Positions 28,338-39,649 of a stretch of DNA of 51,455 nt are shown piece by piece. Every line of letters begins with the position of its first letter. Positions within the stretch are counted from its first letter, which is position 1. The DNA comes from Priapulus caudatus (Eukaryota), in contig NW_014577067.1 of assembly GCF_000485595.1 (NCBI RefSeq), positions 259,288 to 310,742 of the forward strand, given 5' to 3'. The notes beneath the pieces are model-generated. The model did no database searches, had not been told where the DNA came from, and was given only the letters and a program-made list of their open reading frames with translations. The position numbers and the translations under genes were made by a program.

Positions 28338-29030
28338 GTCTGTCTGTCTGTCTTTCCCTCTCCCTCTCTCTACTCTCTGCTCTCAGCAGAGCTGGATCGT
28401 GTAGCACACACACAGTACGCGCTTACTTCGCTACACGCTCCGTTACTTTGGCTAATAATCCGCAATGTTCTAGAAATGTAGACCTGTAAAATCGGCGCGC
28501 GGTTCACTGCGGCAGGTTAGAGCGTAATTAAATCGAAATGTTTAGGCAGCTAACGCGAGGCAGGAGAAGTATCGTGCAATTATCGTGCATACAATCGTCG
28601 ATTGAAAATTGTTAGGATTAGGAAAGCGTAACTGTCACAGTCTAGGAGAGCCGGTGGTTGCTTTTCTACGACGAAACTATCGCGGCTTTATCGTGCTGAT
28701 GAAAGTCAAGGGCACTTGCAAGTGCTGTGGTCTATCATTGTAACGCCATTACTGACATTGGAGAACGCTATATAGCCGTTTTTTACCGCTTAAAGTTGCA
28801 ATTAACTTTGATGCTCTAGAAACCCGGTTAATGCTGTCACAATCGTGCTCACAAAATGTAGCGCTTCATCGATTGACAAATTTCGAAAAACGAAGAAAAT
28901 CGGAAGCTAACCTCATTCGCTCACAGGCTCTTATTAGTAATACAATTATAATAGTGCAAGTTAGTAAGAAGTACAGCCTAATGCGTAGATATAATGATAT
29001 AGATACATATACCTACACACGTGGGCGCGT

Positions 29031-29103
<73 letters not shown>

Positions 29104-29485
29104 TGCGTGCGTGAGTGCGTGCGTGCGTGCGTGCGTGCGTGCGTGAGTATATGTATCTATGAATATAGTGAACAACGTGTGCAGGTTGCAAACTTGCTAT
29201 GTTAGCTTCACATCCATCTATATGCTCACGCGCATCGTGATATATAGATACGTGCTTGCGGAAAGCTCAAGACAACATGTGCAGCGCATGGTTTTTTTTT
29301 GCACGAAGCGCGAGTTTGTTATTGATAGCCGTACGAAAATAACACAGATACGATTCAAGCGATTTCGCAAAATATCCGAGCGCTTCTAACCATTGACTTA
29401 GCCCTAAAAAATGTCGCGGTCTGTTTTTTTTTAAACGATTCTACGTTCGAGAGGAGACACGAAGCTAAGATTGAACTATCTCACT

Positions 29486-29535
<50 letters not shown>

Positions 29536-29593
29536 TGCGTGCGTTTCTACACGCTTGTCCGTGAACAACCCCTGGCTCCGGAAGTCAGGATTA

Positions 29594-30310
29594 TTCCTGT
29601 CACTGCCTTGGATCTATACTTCCTGTCACTGCCTTGGATCTAGACTTCCTGTCCCTGCCTTACAAGTATCTAGACTTCTTGTCCCTGCCTTGGATCTAGA
29701 CTTCTTGTCTGCCTTGGATCTATGCTTCCTGTTCCTGCCTTGGATCTAGACTTCCTGTCACTGCCTTGGATCTAGACTTCCTGTCCCTGCCTTGGATCTA
29801 GACTTCCTGTCACTGCCTTGGATCTAGACTTCCTGTCACTGCCTTGGATCTAGACTTCCTGTCACTGCCTTGGATCTAGACTTCCTGTCCCTGCCTTGTA
29901 TCTAGACTTCTTGTCACTGCCTTGGATTTAGACTACTTGTCACTTCCTTGGATCTAGACTTCCTGTCTCTGCCTTGGATCTAGACTTCTTGTCACTGCCT
30001 TGGATCTAGACTTCCTGTTCTTGCCTTGGATCTAGACTTCTTGTCACTGCCTTAGATCTAGACTTCCTGTCACTGCCTTGGATCTAGACTTATTGTCCCT
30101 GCCTTGGATCTAGACTTTCTCTCACTGCCTTGGATCCAAGAATCAGACGATTTCCTACCACTGCCTTGGATTCAGGAACTATGAGATTTCCTGTCACTGC
30201 CTCGGGATCAGGAATCAGGAGATTTCTCGTAACTGCCATGTGTGCAGTAGTCGGGAGAGTATCTGTCACCGATACGGATCCAGGAATTGAGAGATTTCCT
30301 GTCACTGCCC
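29594..30310 (+). repeat. 26-bp minisatellite (cttcctgtcactgccttggatctaga), about 20 good copies then longer degenerate units
   Basis: Direct inspection of tandem units. Confidence 0.95.
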
Positions 30311-32050
30311 GATATCAGTGCCATTGTGTTCGATCTATGCAAAGGGCGTCCGTCGTTAAGTATGACTCACTGAGCGTGGGGTTTCCGGTTGAATCGTTTT
30401 AATTAATCATTCAAATCTTTAGAGCCCATAATTTCGATGTGAATGCGTATATTTCTGGGTGTATTTCACACAGTAGCAATAGCAGATTCTACATGGAGGA
30501 AACTCATCGGCGTTTTTCGAGGCCTCGTGTAGATGCAGTTTAGGTGGCCGTCCTAGGCGAAACGTGACACGTAAGGTGTGGTAACCAGTGGCCGCAAAGC
30601 TCACGGATTGTATTTTAGGAATGGCCTCTTTCACGTTTTACGCTACACGTGTCCCTAATTATTTTTCCTGGTAATTCGGGGTGGAACTCTGGCTTTTTGC
30701 ACGTGTTTGCAATGAAAACATCCCAAAGGAGAAGACAGTTTACTGACAGAGCGCGATAGTATCTGCCCAGCCCAAGTTAGCCATATAAATACAAGCGTGT
30801 TCTGGATGATTCTTATTAGGGTGCGTCTTATCGCGCCATCGGATTACGTATTTCTTTACATTTCTAAATTAATTGACTACTTTTTCTAGTGGTCGCCTTG
30901 TGTGGTATGTAGCTGTCGGTAAAGGGAAGAGCGAGAGATGGAATGCATGTGCCCGTAAAGCGCTATAATTGTAGTCGACGTTAATGGGGCATGGTTGGCA
31001 TCTCGTCTCTGCCGATGATGGATTGTGAGACTACGTCAATCGTCGACTGTATGCATGAAAACAAGTATTCTCCGCCTGTGGGCTGCCACCTTCGCTAGCC
31101 ATACTGAAGTGTTCTGTCGTTGGTCCGTCTATTTACGTCCTAGTAACGTCAATCAGAATTCTACTCGGGTGCGCAGCCCGGCACAGATACAACATCGAAA
31201 ACACAGGTATTGCGTCAACGGGACGGATTTTTGCACTTACAGACGCCATAAAAATCCGAACGACAATAAACCGAAAATTCTCGCTTTCTCTGGGCGGCGT
31301 TTCTTGCCCACGAGGTTAAATTCGCTGCCGTGTCGTGCTAATGGTTTTGCTAGTGCGTGACCTTGACGGCGATGGCACACGTTCCGATAGTGTGTGTGAT
31401 CAGGTGCCGGCACTTGACTCCCGTCTCTCCAGTGTGGTAGCCCTGATGGCTATTATATCACCCCAGATATGACATCATGGGGAGGAAAAAACAGCGATAA
31501 TCAGTGCCCCAGCCTTCCAGCCTTTAGTGAAGAATTAAATGGCCATTTAGGCCAACAAACTCTAGCCAAAGTCGCCGTCCGTCAGACGATCCGCGTCTTC
31601 TAGCTGACGAGGTAAAGCCAATGTGCTTCCCAGGTGACAGGACGTTATCATCACCGTGGCTCTTCGCTGCATTGAACCCGTCTGTCAGCCGTCAACGGCT
31701 CCCTGACCGATAACGTCACGGCGTGACTGCGAAACTATGCGATCGCCATAACACGTACGACAGCGTCTTATCTACGCGCTTTATCTTCCAGGCAGTGTCC
31801 CATTTGTGCTGCGGTGATTCTTTTAGGCATGCGCGGCCATTTCTTAGCCGTAAATTCTCGCCAGACTGCGCGGGCCGGAGTGTTGCAGTGTGTGGCGGCC
31901 GCCGTGAGTGCGCCGGGAGAGCGTTAATTTGAAGTTAAGCTGTAATTAGGAACGTCTGAACAGCGCAAAGTGTTTTCTAATGGCTTTCGACCGGCAGTGG
32001 CATGGCGAAATGTGAAAAACACTCGGTCATGTGGGCGCGGATGTAACTAT

Positions 32051-32081
<31 letters not shown>

Positions 32082-33419
32082 CTCAACGTAAACAAGCACA
32101 CTTGTACGAACGCAGAGTATAATTAGAAAACTTCTACTAAGGTATTTCTGTTACCATAAAACTAGCGAAGTAAAATCGGTAAAACAAAATGCGTTCTACA
32201 CAATAGGCAGCACACGTTATTGAAATGAGCAGGTGGAGTTTATGTCGGTATTAATTAGAATGACGGAGCACGCACCAGCAGTGGAGTACATGATGTTTGT
32301 CTCGCCTGAATTTCCAGCCACTAGATGTGCAAATTAGATAATGAATAATAGGTTATCTAGATGTAGAGTCTCCCACTAAGTCGCCACGATAGATTCTAGT
32401 GTCGGGGAACTCTCCCTTTTCTATAGTATTTCCTGTCTTGTTTGTATGGTTCCTATGTATTAGTTAGTATTATGTTATTACTTCATGAGCGGGAATATAC
32501 ACTACAAATGAGAGACATCTCACGACGCGTATCATCATATGTTTATTGTCCTTTTGTTGGAACTCTATTGGTGTTGTACAACTGTAGAAGGCGTCCATAG
32601 GCAGCAGGTCTGAATAAGCATCGAACAGAAATTAATTAAAAATACTCACACTGTTTCGTCGCATACACAACATACACTTTATTTATGTTAAATAACTACT
32701 CTTTGCTCCGCTTGAAACTTTTGCCAACTCTAATGCGAATTTCTACAAAGTAGTCGGATCACATTTCAAACACAAAAATGACCAACCGGTCACCCTGGCT
32801 ACGCCACTTGACGGAATGTCACAGCTACACGACAAGAGCAATTTTACTTCTAATGCTTTCTAGACATCCACGATGCATCTAACTTGCGTGCATAATGCAA
32901 AAGAGTGCATTCTAGTGACGAATTTCACCAAAAAAAGCGTTTTCTAGAGACCAAATAGTGCAACGGTGAACAATTTGCGGAAGCTAAAACTTACTGTTGC
33001 ATGCATCCTATATATCTATTTTATCGCTTCACATTATTCTTTGCTCGGCTGAGCACAAGATTTGGCAGTGATACGCGTCTTATTTGGCAGTAGACATACA
33101 ATGCCTTACCCAGCTGGCGGTCCGCGCGTTATGAGCATACTCGCATTAGCGTGCAGACAGAAATATTCAATTAACCGGAAAGCTAAACGATGAATTAAGC
33201 GGCCTCGGTGCATTCATAATTGAGTAATTACATAAAAGTTTGATAGTAACGTGTTTCAATTTTATGTTACGTTTGCGCAATGTCCATGCATACCTTTATC
33301 ATAAAGTTATATGAGTAATACCAGTGTTTTTGTAAGTTTTTGAGTAAAAATCGTAATTATGTTTTGGCACACGTATACGATGGAAGGACTAACTAGCCGT
33401 AAATGGTTGAGAAGAGGAG

Positions 33420-33433
33420 AGGGATAGTGAGAT

Positions 33434-33484
<51 letters not shown>

Positions 33485-33492
33485 AGCAGAAA

Positions 33493-33525
<33 letters not shown>

Positions 33526-33586
33526 CAGAGACAGAGACAGAGACAGAGACAGAGACAGACAGAGAGAGAGAGGGGGGAGGGGGGAG

Positions 33587-33623
<37 letters not shown>

Positions 33624-33755
33624 CGAGAGAGACAGACAGACACAAAAGAGAGAGAGAGAGAGAGAGAGAGCAGAGAGAGAGGAGAGAGAGAGAGAGAGAG
33701 AGGAGACAGAGAGAGACAGAGACAGAGACAGAGACAACAGAGAGAGAGAGAGAGA
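33420..33755. repeat. (GA)n/(GAGACA)n tract
   Basis: Direct. Confidence 0.9.
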
Positions 33756-34498
33756 GCGGCCAAACCACTATTCCTGCAGTGAATAGTACACCCACTATAC
33801 ATGACGAGTACTCGGATTAAATTGCGGTTTCTCCTGTAGGGTTTAATGGCCAATAATTGCGATACCGTGTTGCAGAAACATCTTAGGCGTTGTTCATGTG
33901 TGTATACAGGAAGGGCTGGGAACCTGGTCAGCGGGCATTGCCCATCGTTGCGCAGATCTGACGTCAATCAAAGTAATGTTACGTAACAATGACAGTAGTA
34001 TTAGAAAGCCCCGGGGTAACAACTTAGCTCGGCGCGTCTGCAGCGAAACCAGTCTGCGGCTGCATATGTGCGCTGTCGTTGCTCCGACCACGCGCTCACT
34101 AGTCACGGTCTCCTGTCACTCATCGTTGTTACCTTGGTAACGATTGTTCCACTGCGAATGATGCCACTTGGATGCTTGCCAAATCTTCATTACTTTAGGG
34201 CGAAGTATTGCGCCATTGCGCGAATACCTATCGTAATGTGCTTGCTTATCGTGGGTAATATCCTATAATGCACGATAACACTTATTGGGTATTTTTTCTG
34301 TTTCGGATAAAAAATTGAAATAACAGTTTATAAATTATTGTCTCGTGTTCTGTTGGCTTATTGTCATTTAATTATGAAATTAACTATTCAATCAATCAGT
34401 AATCCATAATCATAATGACAATTATTTTTATTATTTTTAATTATTATATTAGTAATATTAGTGATCAGTCATATATAAATGATGGCTATGTGTTTCAG

Positions 34499-34682
34499 GT
34501 GTGGAGCAGCAGCTGTCTGGCACGGGCAGGGTGAAGGTGATAGTGCAGGATGTCAACGACCACAGTCCCGCCTTCAGCAGCGACAGGTACCTCGCACATG
34601 TCAATGAAAACCAGCCGGCGGGAACCCGGGTTATCGAGGTTCATGCGGAAGACGCAGACGAAGGCAACAATGGTCTCGTCAG
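34499..34682 (+). CDS. FAT4: Fat exon, cadherin (GVEQQLSGTG...DVNDHSPAF...NGLV)
   Basis: tttcag| acceptor, AG|gttagt donor, phase 1 to 2. Confidence 0.92.
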
Positions 34683-35246
34683 GTTAGTTCTCTCCGGTCG
34701 GCGTTTACTCGTTCTTGTCTCCTAGAGTGACGATATCGTATCTTATCTTCACCCCGAGCTCATGACTAGTTGCAGTTTTGTTGCGTGTTCTCTGGTAACG
34801 ATGTAGTTTCACGGGATTACGGAACCAGTTTGTAGTTTTGATTTTTGTGGTTTGTAGTTTGTAGATTTGTTGAATCTGTATCAACACACTAAAGGGAAAG
34901 TGTATCGAAACAACTTGTTTTAATATTGCGTGCACGTCTGGTATAAAACCAGCAGCACGTTAGCGTCTCTTATATAAGAAGACATACGTTTCCTACTTGT
35001 CAAGATTCGAATTCCTATTACACAATTTGTTACGTCAATGTTGGCAGCTCTGGTCTCTAATATAAGGAGATATATCAGTTCCTAATTGTAAATATTCGAA
35101 TTACTATTACACAAAGTCAATGTTGGCAGCTCTGCTCTCTAATATAAGAAGACATATCAGTCTTATATATACGAAGAACCTTCGTCTTATGTACGAAACA
35201 GTCTTACGTACGGCTGCTACATGCACAAATGGCTTCGTTTATTCAG

Positions 35247-35503
35247 GTATCAGTTGTCTGACGGTGATAGTCAGCACTTTGTGCTGGACTCTGCTACGGG
35301 ACAGCTCGTCACCACCGTCGAGTTGGATCGCGAGCGGCAGGCGACGTACGAGCTGACCGTCGTCGCGATGGACTCGAGCGGCGCGTACACGGCGCTCACG
35401 TCGACGGCCACCGTCACCGTCGTAGTGGACGACGAGAACGACCACCGGCCGTCGTTCGCCGACGACAACCTGGTCGTCTACATCCCGCATCCGTCGTCGC
35501 CAG
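35247..35503 (+). CDS. FAT4: Fat exon, cadherin (RYQLSDG...LDRE...DENDHRPSF...SSP)
   Basis: attcag| acceptor, G|gtgagc donor, phase 2 to 1. Confidence 0.92.
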
Positions 35504-36059
35504 GTGAGCGCAGATGAGATGCCGCACGTCGCTGTCATCATGCAGCGTTCGATTCATTAACGGAGCTGATCGTTTAACGGATTTCTGTCGTTAAATGGGC
35601 TGAAAAAAGACATTTATTTAACAAACTGTTTGATTGTAAGAGTCGTGTAAAAGTCAGTGTAATTCAAACGTAAAATCAGTCAAGCATCAGGGAAAATGTC
35701 CAATAATAATAATGCCCGCTGTCACCGCTGTAGTTTTGCAATGCTCTATCTCGCGTTCAACACGTCACACCCTCATAAGCAATCTACATGACCTAGTTTA
35801 ACAGTTGTTCCGCTTGGCGGACAACCTCCAAGAACGTAGCTTGTCCGTGAAACGACGTATGATCTGACGACGACTCTCTTTGGATTTTAATTATGGGATA
35901 TCATGCTATTATGCTTTTATGCAAGATTATTTACTTCGTAGTCTGTATAGAGCGACACACCGACTCACAATTAGATGGCACTCAACAAGAGTGCAGGTAT
36001 TCAGCCATGATGCTCTGTATAGTAATTGCGGTATTCTCACTGATTTTCTCTAATTACAG

Positions 36060-36235
36060 GTCAATTTGTTGCTGGAGTGATGGCGGAAGATCCAGACAGC
36101 GGCCCAAACGGTCTATTAAAATACAGCATGGCTGGTCCGGATGCTGGGAAGTTTGTCCTGAATCCAAACACGGGCGTGATCAAGACTGCAGCAGCCCTCA
36201 GTGAGGCACGCACCAGAACTCCCTACATCCTTGAT
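36060..36235 (+). CDS. FAT4: Fat exon, cadherin (GQFVAGVMAEDPDSGPNG...YILD)
   Basis: ttacag| acceptor, GAT|gtacgt donor, phase 1 to 0. Confidence 0.9.
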
Positions 36236-36685
36236 GTACGTATAATGCCTGCGTACAAAGGCCGTGTTATTATTCTTTTTATTTTTGTTGGTGTTGTTGT
36301 TTATTGTTTGTTATTATAACATTTGTATTATAATGTTATGCGTTATAATCATGTAATTACAATATTGTTAACTTGTATATGATTGCTTAGTATTTTAGTG
36401 CGGATAAGGAGTAGACAGAGCATGCCATTGTTGAAGTTGCGTGTTCTATCTCATTCGTCACTAGCTTTATAGCTTCATAACATCGACTAACAATCACGTT
36501 GAATCTACACGAGGTAGTGCACTGCATCTGCACTCCACAGAACGGACTCTGACTTTTATTTCACCCGTGGCTGCCATCTAACCTCTGTTACAATCACACA
36601 ATCGAGCAACCAACCCATCAATCTGTCAATCGAGCAACCAACCCATCAATCTGTCAATTAATCGATGTGCGGTTGTTCGTTGCAG

Positions 36686-36835
36686 GTGTCCGTCTCGGAC
36701 GACGGTTTGCCATCGCTCGGGTCTAGCATGAAGGTGCAGGTGTTCACGCGGCCTGCAGCCAGCTTCCCACGCTTCAACGCTGCCACCAGCAGATTCACGT
36801 TCAGCGAAGACACGACTAATGCCGTAGTTACGAAG
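36686..36835 (+). CDS. FAT4: Fat exon, cadherin (VSVSDDGLPSLGS...VVTK)
   Basis: ttgcag| acceptor, AAG|gtgagt donor, phase 0 to 0. Confidence 0.9.
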
Positions 36836-36840
36836 GTGAG

Positions 36841-37115
36841 TCCCCGTGCTGTGTGTGTAGCGTTGTGCCTCTGCTTGTCACAAAGATGAGGCTCCGTGCT
36901 GTGTGTGTAATGGTGTGCCTCTGCTTGTCACAAAGATGAGACCCCGTGCTGTGTGTGTAGTGTTGTGCCTCTGCTTGTCACAAAGATGAGACCCGTGCTG
37001 TGTGTGTAGTGTTGTTATCTCTGCTTGTCACAAAGATGAGACCCCATGTTGTGTGTGTAGTGTTGTTATCTCTGCTTGTCACAAAGATGAGACCCGTGCT
37101 GTGTGTGTAGCGTTG
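36841..37115 (+). repeat. ~50-bp minisatellite, about 5.5 copies, immediately after a splice donor
   Basis: Unit ccccgtgctgtgtgtgtagtgttgtgcctctgcttgtcacaaagatgaga. Confidence 0.95.
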
Positions 37116-37510
37116 TATACCTATCTATACCTATATTCTGAATCACCGCGGCCGCGACTCATCATGACACCTGGATATGTTCACCTGAAGTGGTATAGTT
37201 GAAAACTGAAAAGAACATCAAGATCACTATCATGATATATAAACACCTCTTCAATATAATAATAAATAAAAAATAAAAATATAGTATAATAAAAAAAAAA
37301 TGAAGCAAGATTACTAAATACGTTGTTTCTTGAACTGCCAATTAACTCACATACATCTCATAATGAGAAGAGTATAATAAGAACCCCAATTAAAAAGAGG
37401 CAGCAAGATGATATATAATATAGATGTGCTATGTTTCCTGACCTCTAAACTCACGTGCTTTCCTACTCGCGCATGTCCTCACGTCGCACGACAACGCGTT
37501 TCTCTCGCAG

Positions 37511-38758
37511 GTGACGGCCGTCTCCCCGAAATCGGGCGCCGCCGGCCGCCTGCGCTACCGCATCGCGTCCGGTAACCACGGCAACGTGTTTGCGCTCGAC
37601 GACGGCGGTCTGCTGCGCGTCACGCGCGGTCTCGACTACGAGACGCGGCGCGAGTACCAGCTGTGGCTGGAGGCGCGCGACGCCGCCTCGCCACCGCTGT
37701 GCGACCACGCGCTCGTCACCGTCGAGCTGACAGACGCCAACGACAACGCGCCGGCCTTCTCGCAGTACGTCTATGAGGTGAGCGTCGCCGAGGGCCAGCG
37801 ACCGCCCGCGTTCGTCGTGCGCGTCAACGCGAGCGACGCCGACGACGGCGCCAACGGCGAGATCCTCTACCGGCTGTCGGCCGACGGCAACGTCGGCAAC
37901 GCGTTCAGCATCGACGCCGAGACGGGCGAGGTGACGGCCGAGGTGGAGCTCGACCACGAGGCGACGCCGTCGTACCGGCTGACGGTCGAGGCGACGGACC
38001 GCGGCACGCCGCCGCTGACGGGCACGGCGACGATCGCCGTCAGCGTCGCCGACCGCAACGACAACCCGCCGCGCTTCACGCGACTCTTCAACGAGGCGGT
38101 CGCCGAGAACTCGCCGCGCGGCACCTTCATCGTGCGCGTGACGTCGTCGGACGCCGACGACGGCGTCAACGCCAACGCCTCCTACCGGCTGACGAAGAAC
38201 CCGGGCGGGCGGTTCGCGATCGACGAGCGCGGCGGCGAGCTGACGGTCGCCGGGGCGCTGGACCGCGAGGAGCAGGAGGAGTACTCGCTGATCGTGCTCG
38301 CCGCCGACGCGCACTGGCGCATCGAGACCCCCATCACCGTCACGCTCACCGACGAGAACGACAACGCGCCGGCATTCGAGCGCGACGCCTACGCGTTCCG
38401 TGTGCCGGAGACGGCCACCGCCTTCTCCTACGTTGGGCAGGTGCGCGCGAGTGACCTTGACCGGCCCGGACCGAACTCGGACGTGCGCTACGCGCTCGCC
38501 GCCGCCTCGGACGCGTTCGCTGTCGACGCGGAGAGCGGTGACGTACTGACGCGCGCGCGCTTCCGCTACGCGAGCGGCGGCGACAACCGGCACGTGATCA
38601 CGGTCGTCGCCGCCGACAGCGGCGTGCCGCGGCTGTCGAGCTCCGTCGCCGTGACGATCGACATCGAGGATGCGAACGACCACGCGCCGGTGTTCGACGC
38701 CGCAGCGTACGCTTCTCCCGTGCCGGACAACTCGCCCGTCGGCGCGTCGATATTAGAG
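37511..38758 (+). CDS. FAT4: Fat exon, about 4 cadherin repeats
   Basis: tcgcag| acceptor, 416 open codons with DAND/DRND/DEND/DAND motifs, GAG|gtgagg donor. Confidence 0.95.
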
Positions 38759-39220
38759 GTGAGGGCTTAACGCGGTGAGGTGACGTCGTCGTTGTAAAGA
38801 CGATTGAATAGTATTAGTTGTATGAGCGGAAGCTGTAAATAACGCTGCACCTTCAGTGCTGCAATAACATGAAACTGTATAACATGTATCGTTATGATAG
38901 TAGTGCATGTTGTGATTCATGTACATTGTGGTTCACGTAATACACGTTGGCTTAAACTAGTTTGATATTGCATGCATCAGTAGGCTACATTGGCTGCAGC
39001 GCGATGGGCAGATAAATTGGTAGCCAGCTTACTTACGTAACAGAACTGAAGACGGGGCCAGTTTTTTTATTGATATAACCACTATCTATAACACTACCAC
39101 ATCTATATAACACACCAACATCTGAAATGTAGGTGAATACAATCACTTTCGTTTAATGAATTTCCCTGCATTTGAGTAATTCGTGTAGTTATTCATACGC
39201 GTATGTCTTGTCGTATAAAG

Positions 39221-39323
39221 GTTCATGCTGAAGACAACGAGGACTACGGAGAGAATGCAGTTATAAGCTACAGTATAGCGAGCGGTAATGGCAGCGATTA
39301 CTTCAAGGTCGATGTAACTACTG
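39221..39323 (+). CDS. FAT4: Fat exon, cadherin (VHAEDNEDYGENAVISYSI...DVTT)
   Basis: ataaag| acceptor, G|gtaagt donor, phase 0 to 1. Confidence 0.88.
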
Positions 39324-39456
39324 GTAAGTCATTGCCGCGTACCAGCACATTTAAACATTCGAGTGCTTCATACCACATCCCAGGTGACGTGATGTTTTCG
39401 GGACAACCAGGATGAAGCCTTTCTAAACACACTAACTTCTAAAACACATCGCGAAC

Positions 39457-39490
<34 letters not shown>

Positions 39491-39491
39491 T

Positions 39492-39529
<38 letters not shown>

Positions 39530-39649
39530 TCGAATATACTGCTAACGAAGTCCTGTACTTCGCTACTAATATACTAGTACTAGAAACAGTAAAATACTAA
39601 AATACATCGCGAACATATCTCTAACGAAGAACATCATCTTCGTCCGCAG

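Noticed and set aside
29594..30130. CRISPR-like appearance of regular repeats
   Set aside because: Head-to-tail units with no unique spacers, in a eukaryotic intron.
37463..38683. 406-aa antisense ORF and similar antisense ORFs at 40066-42849
   Set aside because: Shadow ORFs expected opposite GC3-rich coding exons.
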